From an uncultured Thermoplasmata archaeon (lineage in GTDB: Archaea; Thermoplasmatota; Thermoplasmata; Lutacidiplasmatales; UBA184): a DNA stretch of 64,000 nt. The stretch lies in NCBI GenBank assembly GCA_963771555.1, contig CAVYTM010000001.1, positions 633,064 to 697,063 of the forward strand, given 5' to 3'. Positions 1 to 9,539 of the stretch are shown here, piece by piece; position 1 is the first letter of the stretch; each line of letters starts with the position of its first letter. A model generated the notes under the pieces. The model was not told the origin of the DNA. It did not search any database and saw nothing but the letters and a program-made list of their open reading frames with translations. The position numbers and the translations under genes were made by a program.

Positions 1-276
1 CGCACCGGATGCGTCGACCCTATGGTACGGAGTGCTCGTGGCCCCCAACGGGACGAATCTGCTCACTTACACGGTTGTCCACGCCTGGGCATCGGTGTCG
101 AACGGACCCTCCAATATCGGGATCGAGAACGACTCGTCGTTCGTCATAGTCTCGTACAAGTCGTTCTCCGGGGCGGGCCTGGGCTTCGTTCTGTTCGGCT
201 ACGCCAACGGTTCGCTGATCCGCGCGACCATCCCCCTCTGACGGGAGGATGGGGGAATCCCGCGAAGAGGTTCCGT

Positions 277-564
277 TCAGGGCTGGACCGAGATCTTGCC
301 GGAGCGCCCCATCGAGACCTGGAGCTTCCCACGGAAGTCCTTGACCCATCCGTCGGTGATCCGAACCTTTTGGCCGACCGTGTAGCGCTTGGTGTCCTCT
401 CCCCAAAGGGTGAGGGTGATCGTTCCGGTTTCGTCCTGGAGGGTCGCATCGGCCACCTGAGAGGCGCCCCGCGAGGTCGTTACGTCGCGGACCGCCGAGA
501 TGGCGGTGATGGTCGCATCGATCGTCGCATTCTGGTTTGCTTGGAGCGAGGCAATGCCGGGCAT
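277..564 (-). CDS. hypothetical small OB-fold-like nucleic-acid-binding protein
   Basis: 95-aa ORF with balanced composition. The segment TLWGEDTKRYTVGQKVRITDGWVKDFRGKLQVS resembles OB-fold (RPA/SSB-like) beta-strand patterns. Overlapping plus-strand ORFs are Arg/Gly-rich and look like frame artefacts. Confidence 0.4.
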   Translation of the reverse strand: MPGIASLQANQNATIDATITAISAVRDVTTSRGASQVADATLQDETGTITLTLWGEDTKRYTVGQKVRITDGWVKDFRGKLQVSMGRSGKISVQP

Positions 565-749
565 GACGTCAAAACCTCACACCGGCGGGCTTAAACCGTC
601 TCCCCTCGGCCGAAACCTCCGCTGAACGCCCCTGGAGGCCCCGGTCTGCGCTCCATGGAGGCTCGATGTCACCTCTCTTCGACGCCTCCGGAGTCCGGGG
701 CCCAATTCGCCCATTCCCGGACCGGAAGGGTTAATTCCGCGCGTTACGC

Positions 750-3700
750 ATGAACGCGCACTTCAGCGGAGGCGACATGCGTACGAGGGAGCGGCCGCAC
801 CATTCGAAGCCCCGGTCCGGCCTCCCGCTCGGCCGACTGGTCCTTGTCGTCGCTATCACCTTCGCGATGATCGTCCTGCCCGCCGGCGGACTGGCCTCCC
901 TCGGATCGTCCCCTTCGCCGCCCGGCCACGCCGCCGCCACCCCTGGGGCGACGCCCTCTTCCCGGATGACGCAACCGTGGGCGAATCCTCCGGTCCATAT
1001 TCACCGGCTTGGAGGGGTCGTTCCGGAATCGGTCAATCCGACCGCGCTCTACTCCACCGAACCCGCGCCGATGGGAATCGCCGATTTCGGCATCGGGCAA
1101 AGTGGCGGTCCGTATACCTACTCCACGTCGGAGTTCCTCGGGAATTTCACCTGGCAGAAGCTCACGCTTTCCGGCTCGGAAGGGACCTCGTTCTCCGACC
1201 AGCTGAACGTGGTGCTCCGGTTCGTGCAGGGGGGGACCACCTTCGCCTACTGGATCCAGGATGTCGCGTTCATGGACAGCGCCACTGGCGACCTTTCCTT
1301 CGAGAACAACATTTGGAACTTCAGCAACACGAACGGGTGTCTTTCGCCCTCGGACGTCAGCGGTAACGGGACGGTATACCCTTACTCGGGTTGTCAAGGG
1401 TACTACGCCGTAGGCTCCACCACTCAGCCCGGGGCTTTCGAAGTGATGCCATCGCCGGGGAACTTTCAGCTCTTGGTCCGCTCCTACCTATCGACCGGTG
1501 ACGTTCCGGAGGTCGCTTTCGAGTATCGCGACGGAGTCACCAGCTGGTACGTTACCTACGACAATGTCGTGTGGCCCTGGGCCGCCCATCCGTCCGCGGA
1601 CGACAACTTCCTCGTGGACGGCACGCAGTACAACCCGATCGGTCTGTTCTACGATGCGGAACTCGGGATTGGCGGGCCGGGAGGCGGTTCGGCCACGGTG
1701 GCCGAGGACGAGACCCACGCGAGCTCTCAACTGTTGTATTGGAACGGCCACAACTTCCAGGCCCCCTTGGCGGCCTGGAACTTTGGCAGCAATACCGCCG
1801 AAGCCGTCAGCAACATCCAATCGATCTGGAGTGCCTCTACGGGGGGGGTTCCGCTGACCATTCAGCTGAACGGGACGACCCGAAACGCGAGCCCCGACCG
1901 AGCGTACGACCAGAGCCGGGTGGGATTCCTGAACGTGTCGGCTCCCGCCGTTTCGGCCGGGACGGTGGCCCTAGGGAGTGTCGACTGGAACTTCGTCGGG
2001 GACGAAGCCAATCTGACCCTCGATCCCGGAACGTACCCGGTCTGGGTGAATTCCTCCGGGAGCTCGGTCAGCCTCGGTGAGTGCACCATCGTCGCCGGGA
2101 GCACGCTCAATGCGGACACCACCACGGGATGCGGTCCCAGCACGACCGTTCCCAAGGCAACGCCGGGCAAGGCGGACGTGGGTCAGTCCGTCACCTTCCG
2201 ATCCACGGTCGAGAACGCGGGGTCCGGCGGAGACACGTTCACCTGGAACGTCGCACCCGGAGGGCTCGGCTGTGCGAGCTCGACGACGACCACTCTCACG
2301 TGCACTCCGGTCGATCCGGGCACGTACCGGATCAACCTTACCATCGAGGATTCTCTCGGGAACACCTCCACGAGCGCTACCCTCTCCTTCGCCGTCTCGT
2401 CGGACCCGAGCGCCGCGACTCCTTCGTCGAGTCGACCGACCGTTGAAACCGGAGGGTCGGTCACCTTCTCCGAATCGGTCACCGGGGGCGATTCCCCGTA
2501 CGCGTACGCTTGGAGCGGCCTCCCCACCCCCTGTACGGGAACCTCCGGTCCTTCCCCCGCCTGCACGCCCAGCGTTCCCACGACCTACACGGTCTCGGTC
2601 ACCGTCACCGACGCGAACGACTATCGCTCCGTGAGCGGGGGCCTGAGTTACACGGTGCGGGCCGGTCCCTCCCCTTCCGTTCCCGCCTCGTCGCCTTCCG
2701 GGGGGGTCGACGTCGGCGAGCTGGTGAACTTCTCGACGATCGTGACCGGAGGTTCGGGCGCGTACAGCTATCGATGGCACGGGTTGCCCACCGGTTGCGT
2801 TTCAGCCAATCAATCGAAAGTGAGTTGCCGGCCCTCCCTGTCGGGGCCGTTCAACATCTCCGTCACCGTGACCGACACCGGGCTCGGCAACACGACGAGC
2901 GGGTCGCTATCGTACTCGGTAGATGCCGACCCGGCGGTCACTCTCGTTGCTCCGACCCGCACCGTCGACGCCGGGCTGTCCGCAGTGTTCCGCGCGGTGG
3001 CCAGCGGAGGTTCGGGGGAGTACCAGTATCTCTGGTCCGGTCTGCCTCTCGGTTGTTCGAGCTCGGGGTCCGCCACGGACTCGTGCGTGCCTTCGGCAGG
3101 GGGCAATTTCTCGGTCACCGTCACGGTCACGGACTCGAACGGTGGGAGTGCGACGAGCGACGTGCTTGAGTACCGCGTGTACAGCGAGCCGACGGTGACG
3201 GCTCCGAACGCCTCGGAGTCCTCCGCGGACCTGGGACAGTCGGTCAATCTCACGACCGCGGCGAGCGGAGGGTCGGGCGGATACACCTACGTTTGGTTCG
3301 GCCTGCCCCTCGGCTGCGCCAGTGCAAACACGAGCTCGGTCTCTTGCCTCGCGACGTCCCCCGGCAACTACTCCGTCCAGGTCAATGTCACGGACACCAA
3401 CGGGGTTACCGTCACGAGCCACGTCCGGTCGTTTCGCGTCTGGGTGGATCCGTCGGTGAGTTCGTTCGTCGCCGCGCCGGGCGGCTTGCTCGAGGGGTCG
3501 GGCGTCACCCTTTCGGTCGCGATCTCCGGCGGTTCCGGTCCGTTCACCTTCAGCTACTCGGGACTTCCTTCGGGATGCGCCCCTGTGAACCGCTCGACGC
3601 TTTCGTGCACGCCCACCGAGACGGGGACCTTCACGGTGAACGTGACGGTCACGGATGCGAACGGTTGGAGAACGACGGCCACCACGGTGGTTACCGTCAA

Positions 3701-3830
3701 CCCCGAGCTGTTCGGATTGCCTCCGAGCGAGGCCTATCTCATTGTGGGAGTCTTGGTGGTTGCCATGGCCGCCGGGCTCCTCGCGATCTTCGTGCCGCGA
3801 CGCCGGAAGACTAAGGGTCGACCGGAATAA
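750..3830 (+). CDS. cell-surface glycoprotein: N-terminal signal/anchor, thermopsin-like (peptidase A5-like) domain, seven tandem PKD-like ~90-aa repeats, C-terminal TM anchor
   Basis: N-terminal hydrophobic segment LVLVVAITFAMIVLPAGG. N-domain motifs (GIADFGIGQSGGPYTYSTSEF, AYWIQDVAFMDSATGDLSFENNIWNFSNTNGC) are reminiscent of the thermopsin family. Seven repeats carry the pattern GGSG-Y-Y-W-GLP-GC-V/T-VTD-G between nt ~2170-3700. Many NxS/T sequons. C-terminal TM LIVGVLVVAMAAGLLAIF followed by RRRKTKGR. Confidence 0.6.
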   Translation: MNAHFSGGDMRTRERPHHSKPRSGLPLGRLVLVVAITFAMIVLPAGGLASLGSSPSPPGHAAATPGATPSSRMTQPWANPPVHIHRLGGVVPESVNPTALYSTEPAPMGIADFGIGQSGGPYTYSTSEFLGNFTWQKLTLSGSEGTSFSDQLNVVLRFVQGGTTFAYWIQDVAFMDSATGDLSFENNIWNFSNTNGCLSPSDVSGNGTVYPYSGCQGYYAVGSTTQPGAFEVMPSPGNFQLLVRSYLSTGDVPEVAFEYRDGVTSWYVTYDNVVWPWAAHPSADDNFLVDGTQYNPIGLFYDAELGIGGPGGGSATVAEDETHASSQLLYWNGHNFQAPLAAWNFGSNTAEAVSNIQSIWSASTGGVPLTIQLNGTTRNASPDRAYDQSRVGFLNVSAPAVSAGTVALGSVDWNFVGDEANLTLDPGTYPVWVNSSGSSVSLGECTIVAGSTLNADTTTGCGPSTTVPKATPGKADVGQSVTFRSTVENAGSGGDTFTWNVAPGGLGCASSTTTTLTCTPVDPGTYRINLTIEDSLGNTSTSATLSFAVSSDPSAATPSSSRPTVETGGSVTFSESVTGGDSPYAYAWSGLPTPCTGTSGPSPACTPSVPTTYTVSVTVTDANDYRSVSGGLSYTVRAGPSPSVPASSPSGGVDVGELVNFSTIVTGGSGAYSYRWHGLPTGCVSANQSKVSCRPSLSGPFNISVTVTDTGLGNTTSGSLSYSVDADPAVTLVAPTRTVDAGLSAVFRAVASGGSGEYQYLWSGLPLGCSSSGSATDSCVPSAGGNFSVTVTVTDSNGGSATSDVLEYRVYSEPTVTAPNASESSADLGQSVNLTTAASGGSGGYTYVWFGLPLGCASANTSSVSCLATSPGNYSVQVNVTDTNGVTVTSHVRSFRVWVDPSVSSFVAAPGGLLEGSGVTLSVAISGGSGPFTFSYSGLPSGCAPVNRSTLSCTPTETGTFTVNVTVTDANGWRTTATTVVTVNPELFGLPPSEAYLIVGVLVVAMAAGLLAIFVPRRRKTKGRPE

Positions 3831-3890
3831 GGTCGAATTTCTCCGAGAATCCCGTCAGGAACCGAGGGTCTCGGGGACCCCTTGAAGTAG

Positions 3891-3909
3891 CGATTCGGGG
3901 ACCGAATCG
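3891..3909 (+). terminator. perfect 8-bp stem / 3-nt loop hairpin (CGATTCGG-GGA-CCGAATCG) 61 nt downstream of the surface-protein stop
   Basis: Inverted repeat read directly from the sequence. No oligo-T tract follows, so a terminator role is speculative. Confidence 0.2.
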
Positions 3910-4205
3910 GAGTCCGGAGGGTGCGACTTCGCAGTCGTTAAACCCGTGCGTTCGATGCCACGATCATGGCGAGCGCGGTCGGGGACGATCTGCTGCTCTT
4001 TGTCGCCGGGGAGCCGGACTCGGGCGCCAACTCGATCCGCTTGGGGGGCGTGGGCCTGCTTCTCCGATGGACGGCGATGATCGTGCCGGGCTCGGGGCGT
4101 CTCGGGCCGGGAGGCGTTCCCACGCCGGGCTCGAGCTTCCAGCAGCCTCCCTTGACCGACGCTCGCCCGTGGCACCTCCCGAGCCAACAGTTGATCTGCG
4201 TCAAC

Positions 4206-4409
4206 ATGGTGCTCGAGGCCGCCGAGCACGCGGGCCGAGCCGTGACGATCGTCGACGTGGACCGTTCCGGGGATCAACAAGACCTGGTCCAACGGTGGTT
4301 CGGACCTCAGGATGTGATCCCCCTGCTCGTTCGCCCGGACGGAACCCGTATCATGGGCGTGGAGAACTTCTCCCCGGGCAAGGTTCGTCGTTTTGTCGAT
4401 CGGCGATAA
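4206..4409 (+). CDS. hypothetical small thioredoxin/glutaredoxin-fold-like protein (no CxxC)
   Basis: C-terminal 67 aa of ORF 3966-4409 (MVLEAAEHAGRAVTIVDVDRSGDQQDLVQRWFGPQDVIPLLVRPDGTRIMGVENF) has a Trx-like beta-alpha-beta pattern with a cis-Pro-like VIPLL. The upstream part of the ORF is Gly/Pro-rich and probably not coding. Confidence 0.25.
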   Translation: MVLEAAEHAGRAVTIVDVDRSGDQQDLVQRWFGPQDVIPLLVRPDGTRIMGVENFSPGKVRRFVDRR

Positions 4410-4477
4410 TCCTCTCGTCCGCAGGAGTCCCTGGGGGGCGGGGAACCTTCTCCCCGACGGAGGCGCGTTGCGTTCCG

Positions 4478-5314
4478 TTACGAGATGCGGGTGGCCCGGA
4501 GTCCGCGCGGGAGGGGCGGGTAGCGCATCCGAAGGGCTTCGAGGGCACTCACGATCCGTTCCGAGACGACCATGTCCCGAAACCATTTCCGGTCGGAGGG
4601 GACGACGTACCAAGGCGCCCACGGGGTGCTCGTTTTCGATAGCGCTTCCTCGTAGGCCCGGGTGTACGCGCTCCACAGCAATCGTTCGCGGACATCCGAT
4701 TCGCGGAACTTCCAGTGCTTCGTGGAGTCGTCGAGCCGTTCCTGGAGCCGACGCTTCTGTTCGCCCCGGCCGATGTGCAGGAAGAACTTCAGAAGGGTCG
4801 TTCCCTCTTGAGTGAGCGTCCGTTCGAACTCGCAGATCTCGTGAAACCGGCGCTCCCAAACCTGTTTGGGGACGAGCCGGTGAACCCGAGGGACGAGGAC
4901 ATCTTCGTAATGACTACGATTGAAGAGGACCATCTCGCCCCGCGCCGGGAGCTGTTCGTGGACCCGCCATAGGAAGTCGTGGTCGAGCTCAGGGACCGTC
5001 GGTGCCTTGAACGATACGACACGAACGCCTTGCGGGTTGACGCCCTCGAAGACGCGCCGGATCGTCCCATCCTTTCCGGCCGAATCCATTCCTTGCAGGA
5101 CGATGAGCACCGAGTGATGGTGGCCGGCGTACAAGAGTTCCTGGAGCTGGGTCAATCGAGAGGTCAGCTTCTCGAGCTTCTTGCGGCTCGCTTCCTTACC
5201 TCCGTCAAAACCGGAGGCGTCGTCCGTCTCCCACCGGCTCAGTCGAAGTCGCGATCCGGGACGCACCATGAACCGGCTCCCCGGCGCCACGGTGTCTCGC
5301 TCTTTCTCGCCCAC
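4478..5314 (-). CDS. ppk2: polyphosphate kinase 2 family (polyphosphate:nucleotide phosphotransferase)
   Basis: Walker-A-like LIVLQGMDSAGKDGTIRRV, then FNRSHYEDVLVPRVH and the KFFLHIGRGEQKRRLQER lid region typical of PPK2. Confidence 0.85.
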   Translation of the reverse strand: MGEKERDTVAPGSRFMVRPGSRLRLSRWETDDASGFDGGKEASRKKLEKLTSRLTQLQELLYAGHHHSVLIVLQGMDSAGKDGTIRRVFEGVNPQGVRVVSFKAPTVPELDHDFLWRVHEQLPARGEMVLFNRSHYEDVLVPRVHRLVPKQVWERRFHEICEFERTLTQEGTTLLKFFLHIGRGEQKRRLQERLDDSTKHWKFRESDVRERLLWSAYTRAYEEALSKTSTPWAPWYVVPSDRKWFRDMVVSERIVSALEALRMRYPPLPRGLRATRIS

Positions 5315-5905
5315 GGCTCGGCGCGGGAAGGCCGGGGACCCGATAGCGCCGTCGCTACCGATCTCGAGAGTTGCCGAGGACCACTGTGCCGCAAGGGACT
5401 GCGCTGAGGCTCACGGGAGGCGAAGCGAGGGTCACGAGGATGCGCGCGGTTGGAGGAGCGTTTTCACACTCAACAGACATCCGGCAGTCCCCGACGCATC
5501 CCCCTTTTCTCCCCCCGCGCGTATCCGGCCGCGATGGCCGATAGTGATCAGTGCGAACTGCACGAGGTCGCGGTCTTCAACGGGCCTCAGGAGGCCGACG
5601 ACCTGTTGCGCCTGGCCCGGAGCCCGATTGGGGATGAATGTCAGATATGCTCCGTCTGCCGATCGGCTCGGGAATTCATCGAGCGTCGTTTGGCCGAGCA
5701 GGCCGGACAGGTCTTCCCGCCGGGGCAGAACGGCGACGCGGCCTGGAAGAAGCTCCAGAATGCGATCGCGACCGCCAAACTCTCCGTCCACAAAGGGACC
5801 TAAAGGACCTGGCGGAACCAGCCGCCATCAAGCCGACTCCGCGGACACCGTCCGCCCTGACCAGTTCCATGGTCCCAGGAATCGGCGCGCGCCGTCCAAA
5901 CGTAT

Positions 5906-7492
5906 TTGACCGCGCGGTCGCTCCGTGACGGTGTGACGTTCCGCGCTGACCGCATCCCCGGGCGGGGCGTGACAGGGGTCGCCCTGGCGGTCGTGCTGCT
6001 CTTCGTCCTGAGCTCGATGGCGTTGGGGACCGCCGGTCGGCCGACCGCTTCGTTGGGCCGGTCCGCGGTGGGCGTCCAAGCCGTGACGAACGCTACCGAT
6101 ACCTTGATCGCGACGATCGACGTGGCCGGTGGCCCCACGAGCCTCTCTGCCATTTTCGATCCGACGAACGGCTATGTCTACTTCGGTTCGAACGGGACCA
6201 ATCTCACCGCCATCAACGGGGCAACGAACTCGGTTTCCGAGCAGATCTTTCTGGGACCGTACGCCAGTCCGGCGACCCCCAACTATGTCGGCGGCACGGT
6301 CAACGACCTCTATGTCCCCGTGATCTCGACCGACCCGCCGCCGGACAACGTCACGGTGATCTCCGGATCCACCAACCTGGTGGTGAAGTACCTGTCCACA
6401 GGGCATCTCTCCTACCCGACGACGGGGGTTTTCGACCCGTCGAACGGCTACCTCTACGTGCCCGCCACGGGGGCCACTCTCGAATCCCATGTCACGGTGA
6501 TCAACACGGCGACCAACACCGTCGTGACAACGATCCCCGTGGGCGCCTTCCCCAATACCCCCGCGTACGACCCTGCGGACGGCGACATCTACGTGCCGAA
6601 CACGTACTCATCGAACAATCTCAGCATTATCGACGCTTCGACCAACAAGGTCGTAGGTTCCATCCCGATCACTTTCCCGGAGAGCAGCACCATCACGCAG
6701 GAAGACCTCCTGACCGAATCTCCGGTCTACGACCCGATCACTCAGGCGGTTTACCAACCCGACACAGGGAACGCGACCCTGACCGAGATCAGGGGCACGA
6801 CGTTCGTCCGGAACTACACCGTGGGCGCCGGCCCGCAAACCCCCGCGGTCGACCCGTTGAACGGGAACCTGTTCGTGCCGATCGCGTTCGTCAGCACCGG
6901 GCTTTTCGGCTCCGCGAACGACTCCGTATCGATCGTGAACGTGACGTCGAACGTCGTGACCAACGTCACGGTGGGCGAAAGCCCCGAAACCCCCGTGTAC
7001 GACCCCGTGAACAATGAGATGTACGTTTCGTGCCAGGTTCCCTCCAGCAGCTACGGGGTCGTCACTGCCCTCAACGCGACCACGGGACAAGTGATCGCCA
7101 CGATCAATGTGGGCGAGACCCCTCTACCTCCGGCGTTCGATAGCGAGAACGACGAGCTGTACGTCCCCAACTTCATCAGCAACAATGTCAGCGTGATCGC
7201 CGCGGGTGTCTATACCGGATCCGGCTCGGGAGGCGGGCCCGGAGGTTCGGGCGGAAGTGCCACTCCGGCCTTCTTGGGTCTACCGGGTGACGATGGTTAC
7301 TTCCTTTTGGGAGGGGTCGCCGCCGCGGTGGTAGTGGTCGCGGCCTCGGTCCTTTACGTACGAGGTCACCGACCTTCGAAGGACTCGGGCGGGGTAACGC
7401 CGTGGGCCTCACCGCCGCCGACCGGAGCTTGGACCCCTCCGCCCCCTCCACCTCCGCCACCTCCTCCGCTCCCGCCGCCCCCTCCTCCGTGA
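5906..7492 (+). CDS. secreted YVTN-family beta-propeller repeat surface protein with C-terminal TM anchor and poly-Pro cytoplasmic tail
   Basis: N-terminal signal/TM. Repeated ~40-aa units with Y-V/F-x-N-x-x-S/T-N-x-V-S-V-I-D motifs (YVYFGSNGTNLTAINGATN, YVPNTYSSNNLSIIDASTN, LYVPNFISNNVSVIAAG). Many N-glycosylation sequons. C-terminal TM GGVAAAVVVVAASVLYV followed by P-rich tail PPPPPPPPPPPLPPPPPP. Confidence 0.65.
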   Translation: MTARSLRDGVTFRADRIPGRGVTGVALAVVLLFVLSSMALGTAGRPTASLGRSAVGVQAVTNATDTLIATIDVAGGPTSLSAIFDPTNGYVYFGSNGTNLTAINGATNSVSEQIFLGPYASPATPNYVGGTVNDLYVPVISTDPPPDNVTVISGSTNLVVKYLSTGHLSYPTTGVFDPSNGYLYVPATGATLESHVTVINTATNTVVTTIPVGAFPNTPAYDPADGDIYVPNTYSSNNLSIIDASTNKVVGSIPITFPESSTITQEDLLTESPVYDPITQAVYQPDTGNATLTEIRGTTFVRNYTVGAGPQTPAVDPLNGNLFVPIAFVSTGLFGSANDSVSIVNVTSNVVTNVTVGESPETPVYDPVNNEMYVSCQVPSSSYGVVTALNATTGQVIATINVGETPLPPAFDSENDELYVPNFISNNVSVIAAGVYTGSGSGGGPGGSGGSATPAFLGLPGDDGYFLLGGVAAAVVVVAASVLYVRGHRPSKDSGGVTPWASPPPTGAWTPPPPPPPPPPPLPPPPPP

Positions 7493-7565
7493 ACCCGGGG
7501 CCAACGAGTTCGCCGAGGAACGGCCCCTAAGAGTGGGGGGGAGTCCGCCCGGGGTATCCTGCTGC

Positions 7566-8686
7566 TCACCCGGCGCTTTGCGGAAGCGACGCCGGGGCGG
7601 CCCCTCGAGGTGGCGCCCTCCACCGTTCCGGCGGCGCGTACGCGGTTCGGAGCCTCAGGAAGAACCAGACCGCGGCGATCACAAGCGGGACGTTGTAGGG
7701 GAGCCCGATGGTGAGGAGGAGCCCGAACGCCGATTGCCAGATGACGAACCCGAAGGCGAGAGTGACCAGAACGTACTCGTTGCGGCTCTGCCCTATCCCT
7801 CGGCGGAGGATCTCGAGGAGGACCACCAAGAAGGCGATCTCGACCGACACCACTGCGACGGCGGGCACTCGGAGATACGCTCCTCCGTACTCGAGGAGGA
7901 AGAGGACCGGGAACACCGCGAACCCCATGGTCCCCGCCGAGAAGGCGGTCAACGTTGGCCCCGGGCGGTACGGCCGTCCGAGTTTCGCCGGGATACGGTA
8001 GGCCAGGGTCACGAGTACGGCGATAGTGATGAGACTCCCGAAGAGGAGCGGGATCCCCATCCAGAACCCGAACGACCCGTACACGATCACGGTCTCGAGC
8101 GAAGTCGAACCGGCGAGGGAGAGAAGCGCTACGACGACCCGCGCCGGCCCACCAAGGAACGTCGCCGGGTGCTGGGAAGGGCGAGTCCGAGCAGCACGAT
8201 CGGCAGCCCGATCGAATAGATCATGTGGAAGGCGAGCACGCCGGTCGCCCAGACCCAATTCACCCCGGCGAAGCGGCCGAACGTTCCGAGGACCCCGTCC
8301 GCACCGTGATTCGAATTGAAGAGCGTGTTGTCGCCGAGACCTTCCTCGGTGATCCCGTAGGCCAGTCCCAGGAGGGCGACCGAGCCCCACCCTTTGTGCC
8401 AGCGCAGGACCGCTTCTCGAATGAGGAGGGCGCCCGCGGTGTACTGGCCGACGTTGATGGCCAACTGTAGGAAGAACCACGCTGGATTCACCGCGAGATT
8501 GAGGATTGGGCTCGATGTGGAGAGATACTCCGGGAGCCCGGGCGTGAGCAGCGCGAGACAGAGGATCGGGTGGGCCCGGAAGAAGGCCATCGCTCGCGCC
8601 CCGACCGAGAGCTGGGGCGGAAGGAAAGGATCACCGCCCGACACTGGTGAGGGGCTGGAAACCGAGACCACGGTCTTCGAGGTCAT
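7566..8686 (-). CDS. polytopic membrane protein of unknown function; apparent -1 frameshift near 8138-8140 joins ORFs 8129-8686 and 7566-8480
   Basis: Both ORFs are strongly hydrophobic with multiple TM helices and overlap by 350 nt in different frames. The N-terminal 117 aa of the downstream ORF is Arg-rich junk. Adding one G to the run CGC-GGG-TCG fuses ...SLVGRRG with VVVALLSLAGSTSLETV... into one protein of ~370 aa. Confidence 0.5.
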
Positions 8687-8792
8687 GGCGTGGTTCGCTA
8701 CATCAAGTAGAGGTTCCGACCGAGAGCCTGCGCCGTGCCATCCCCCGTGCCGCGGAGAGGGTCCCCCTCACGACTCGACCCCTGTCCGCGGG

Positions 8793-8800
8793 TATATACA
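8793..8800 (+). promoter_or_regulatory. TATA-like box (TATATACA) 26-33 nt upstream of the 8826 start codon; implies a leaderless transcript
   Basis: The only AT-rich octamer in a GC-rich intergenic stretch, at the canonical archaeal box-A distance from the ATG. Confidence 0.4.
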
Positions 8801-8825
8801 GCCGTAATCCCGTAGCGTTGTCGAC

Positions 8826-9539
8826 ATGTCCCTGGGACCCTCGGCGGCCCATGGCTTGATCCCCGAGCTGATTCAACGCCCCACGAGCGTTCTCCTCCAC
8901 GGCTCGAGCCGGCCGCTCCTGAACTGGGTGATGTACGCGCTGCTCGACCGATCGCAGCCGAACTTTTGGTGGACGGACGTACGATTGAAGGAGGAGCGTC
9001 TCGACCCCCTCGACCCGCTCGCGCGCCACGTGCTGCCCGAAGACCGGCTCAGCATCATCGAACCAGCAACGTTGCAGCGAAGTCCCGAGCCCGGTGACGC
9101 GTTCTCGACCATGATCCATTCGGACGAGCCCGCCGAGTCGCTGCAACGCGCGATGGAATTCCTTCAGCTCCCCGCCCACACCCAGGAACGGATCTCCCGG
9201 GCCCCGCTCGGGAAACGCCCCGCCCAGTTCGCCCTGTCGAACTGTCATCGACTGGCGGCCATTTTCCCGGCCAACTCCATTCAACCCACCCTCCGGGCCA
9301 TCCTGACCTCGGGAGTCACTCTCGTGATGACGTGGGCGGATGCGCTGCCGGCGGCCGCTCAATTGTTCGATTTGGTCGTCGGGGTCGAGGGCTCCAGCCC
9401 CGCGGTTTGGAAGGATGCCGTGCTGAAGTGCGAACTCGGAAGGTCGGAAGGGTTGGTCCGGGCGGGAAGTCGACTGCGCTTGGGCGACCTCCGCTCCGTC
9501 GCCGACGTCCTCGAACCGATGGGGTTGTCCCGTATCTAG
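8826..9539 (+). CDS. conserved hypothetical protein, paralog family member 1 (unknown function)
   Basis: 237 aa. Clear paralog of ORF 26041-26775 (SVLLHGSSRPLLNWVMYALLDRSQPNFWWTDVRLKEERLDPLDPL versus SVFISGSSRSLLKWFAFASLAPYTSRVYWTDVRLPGEILDPLDPM, with similarity continuing C-terminally). Upstream TATA-like box. Stop codon shares a CTAG tetramer with the convergent GT2 gene. Confidence 0.6.
   Translation: MSLGPSAAHGLIPELIQRPTSVLLHGSSRPLLNWVMYALLDRSQPNFWWTDVRLKEERLDPLDPLARHVLPEDRLSIIEPATLQRSPEPGDAFSTMIHSDEPAESLQRAMEFLQLPAHTQERISRAPLGKRPAQFALSNCHRLAAIFPANSIQPTLRAILTSGVTLVMTWADALPAAAQLFDLVVGVEGSSPAVWKDAVLKCELGRSEGLVRAGSRLRLGDLRSVADVLEPMGLSRI

Noticed and set aside
1971-3422. Several 150-270-aa minus-strand ORFs inside the surface-protein gene
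   Set aside because: They are antisense and Arg/Gly-rich. The plus-strand gene has a signal peptide, repeats and a TM anchor.
3855-4859. 334-aa minus-strand ORF spanning the PPK2 3' end
   Set aside because: It overlaps PPK2 in another frame, is Arg/Pro-rich and has no motifs.
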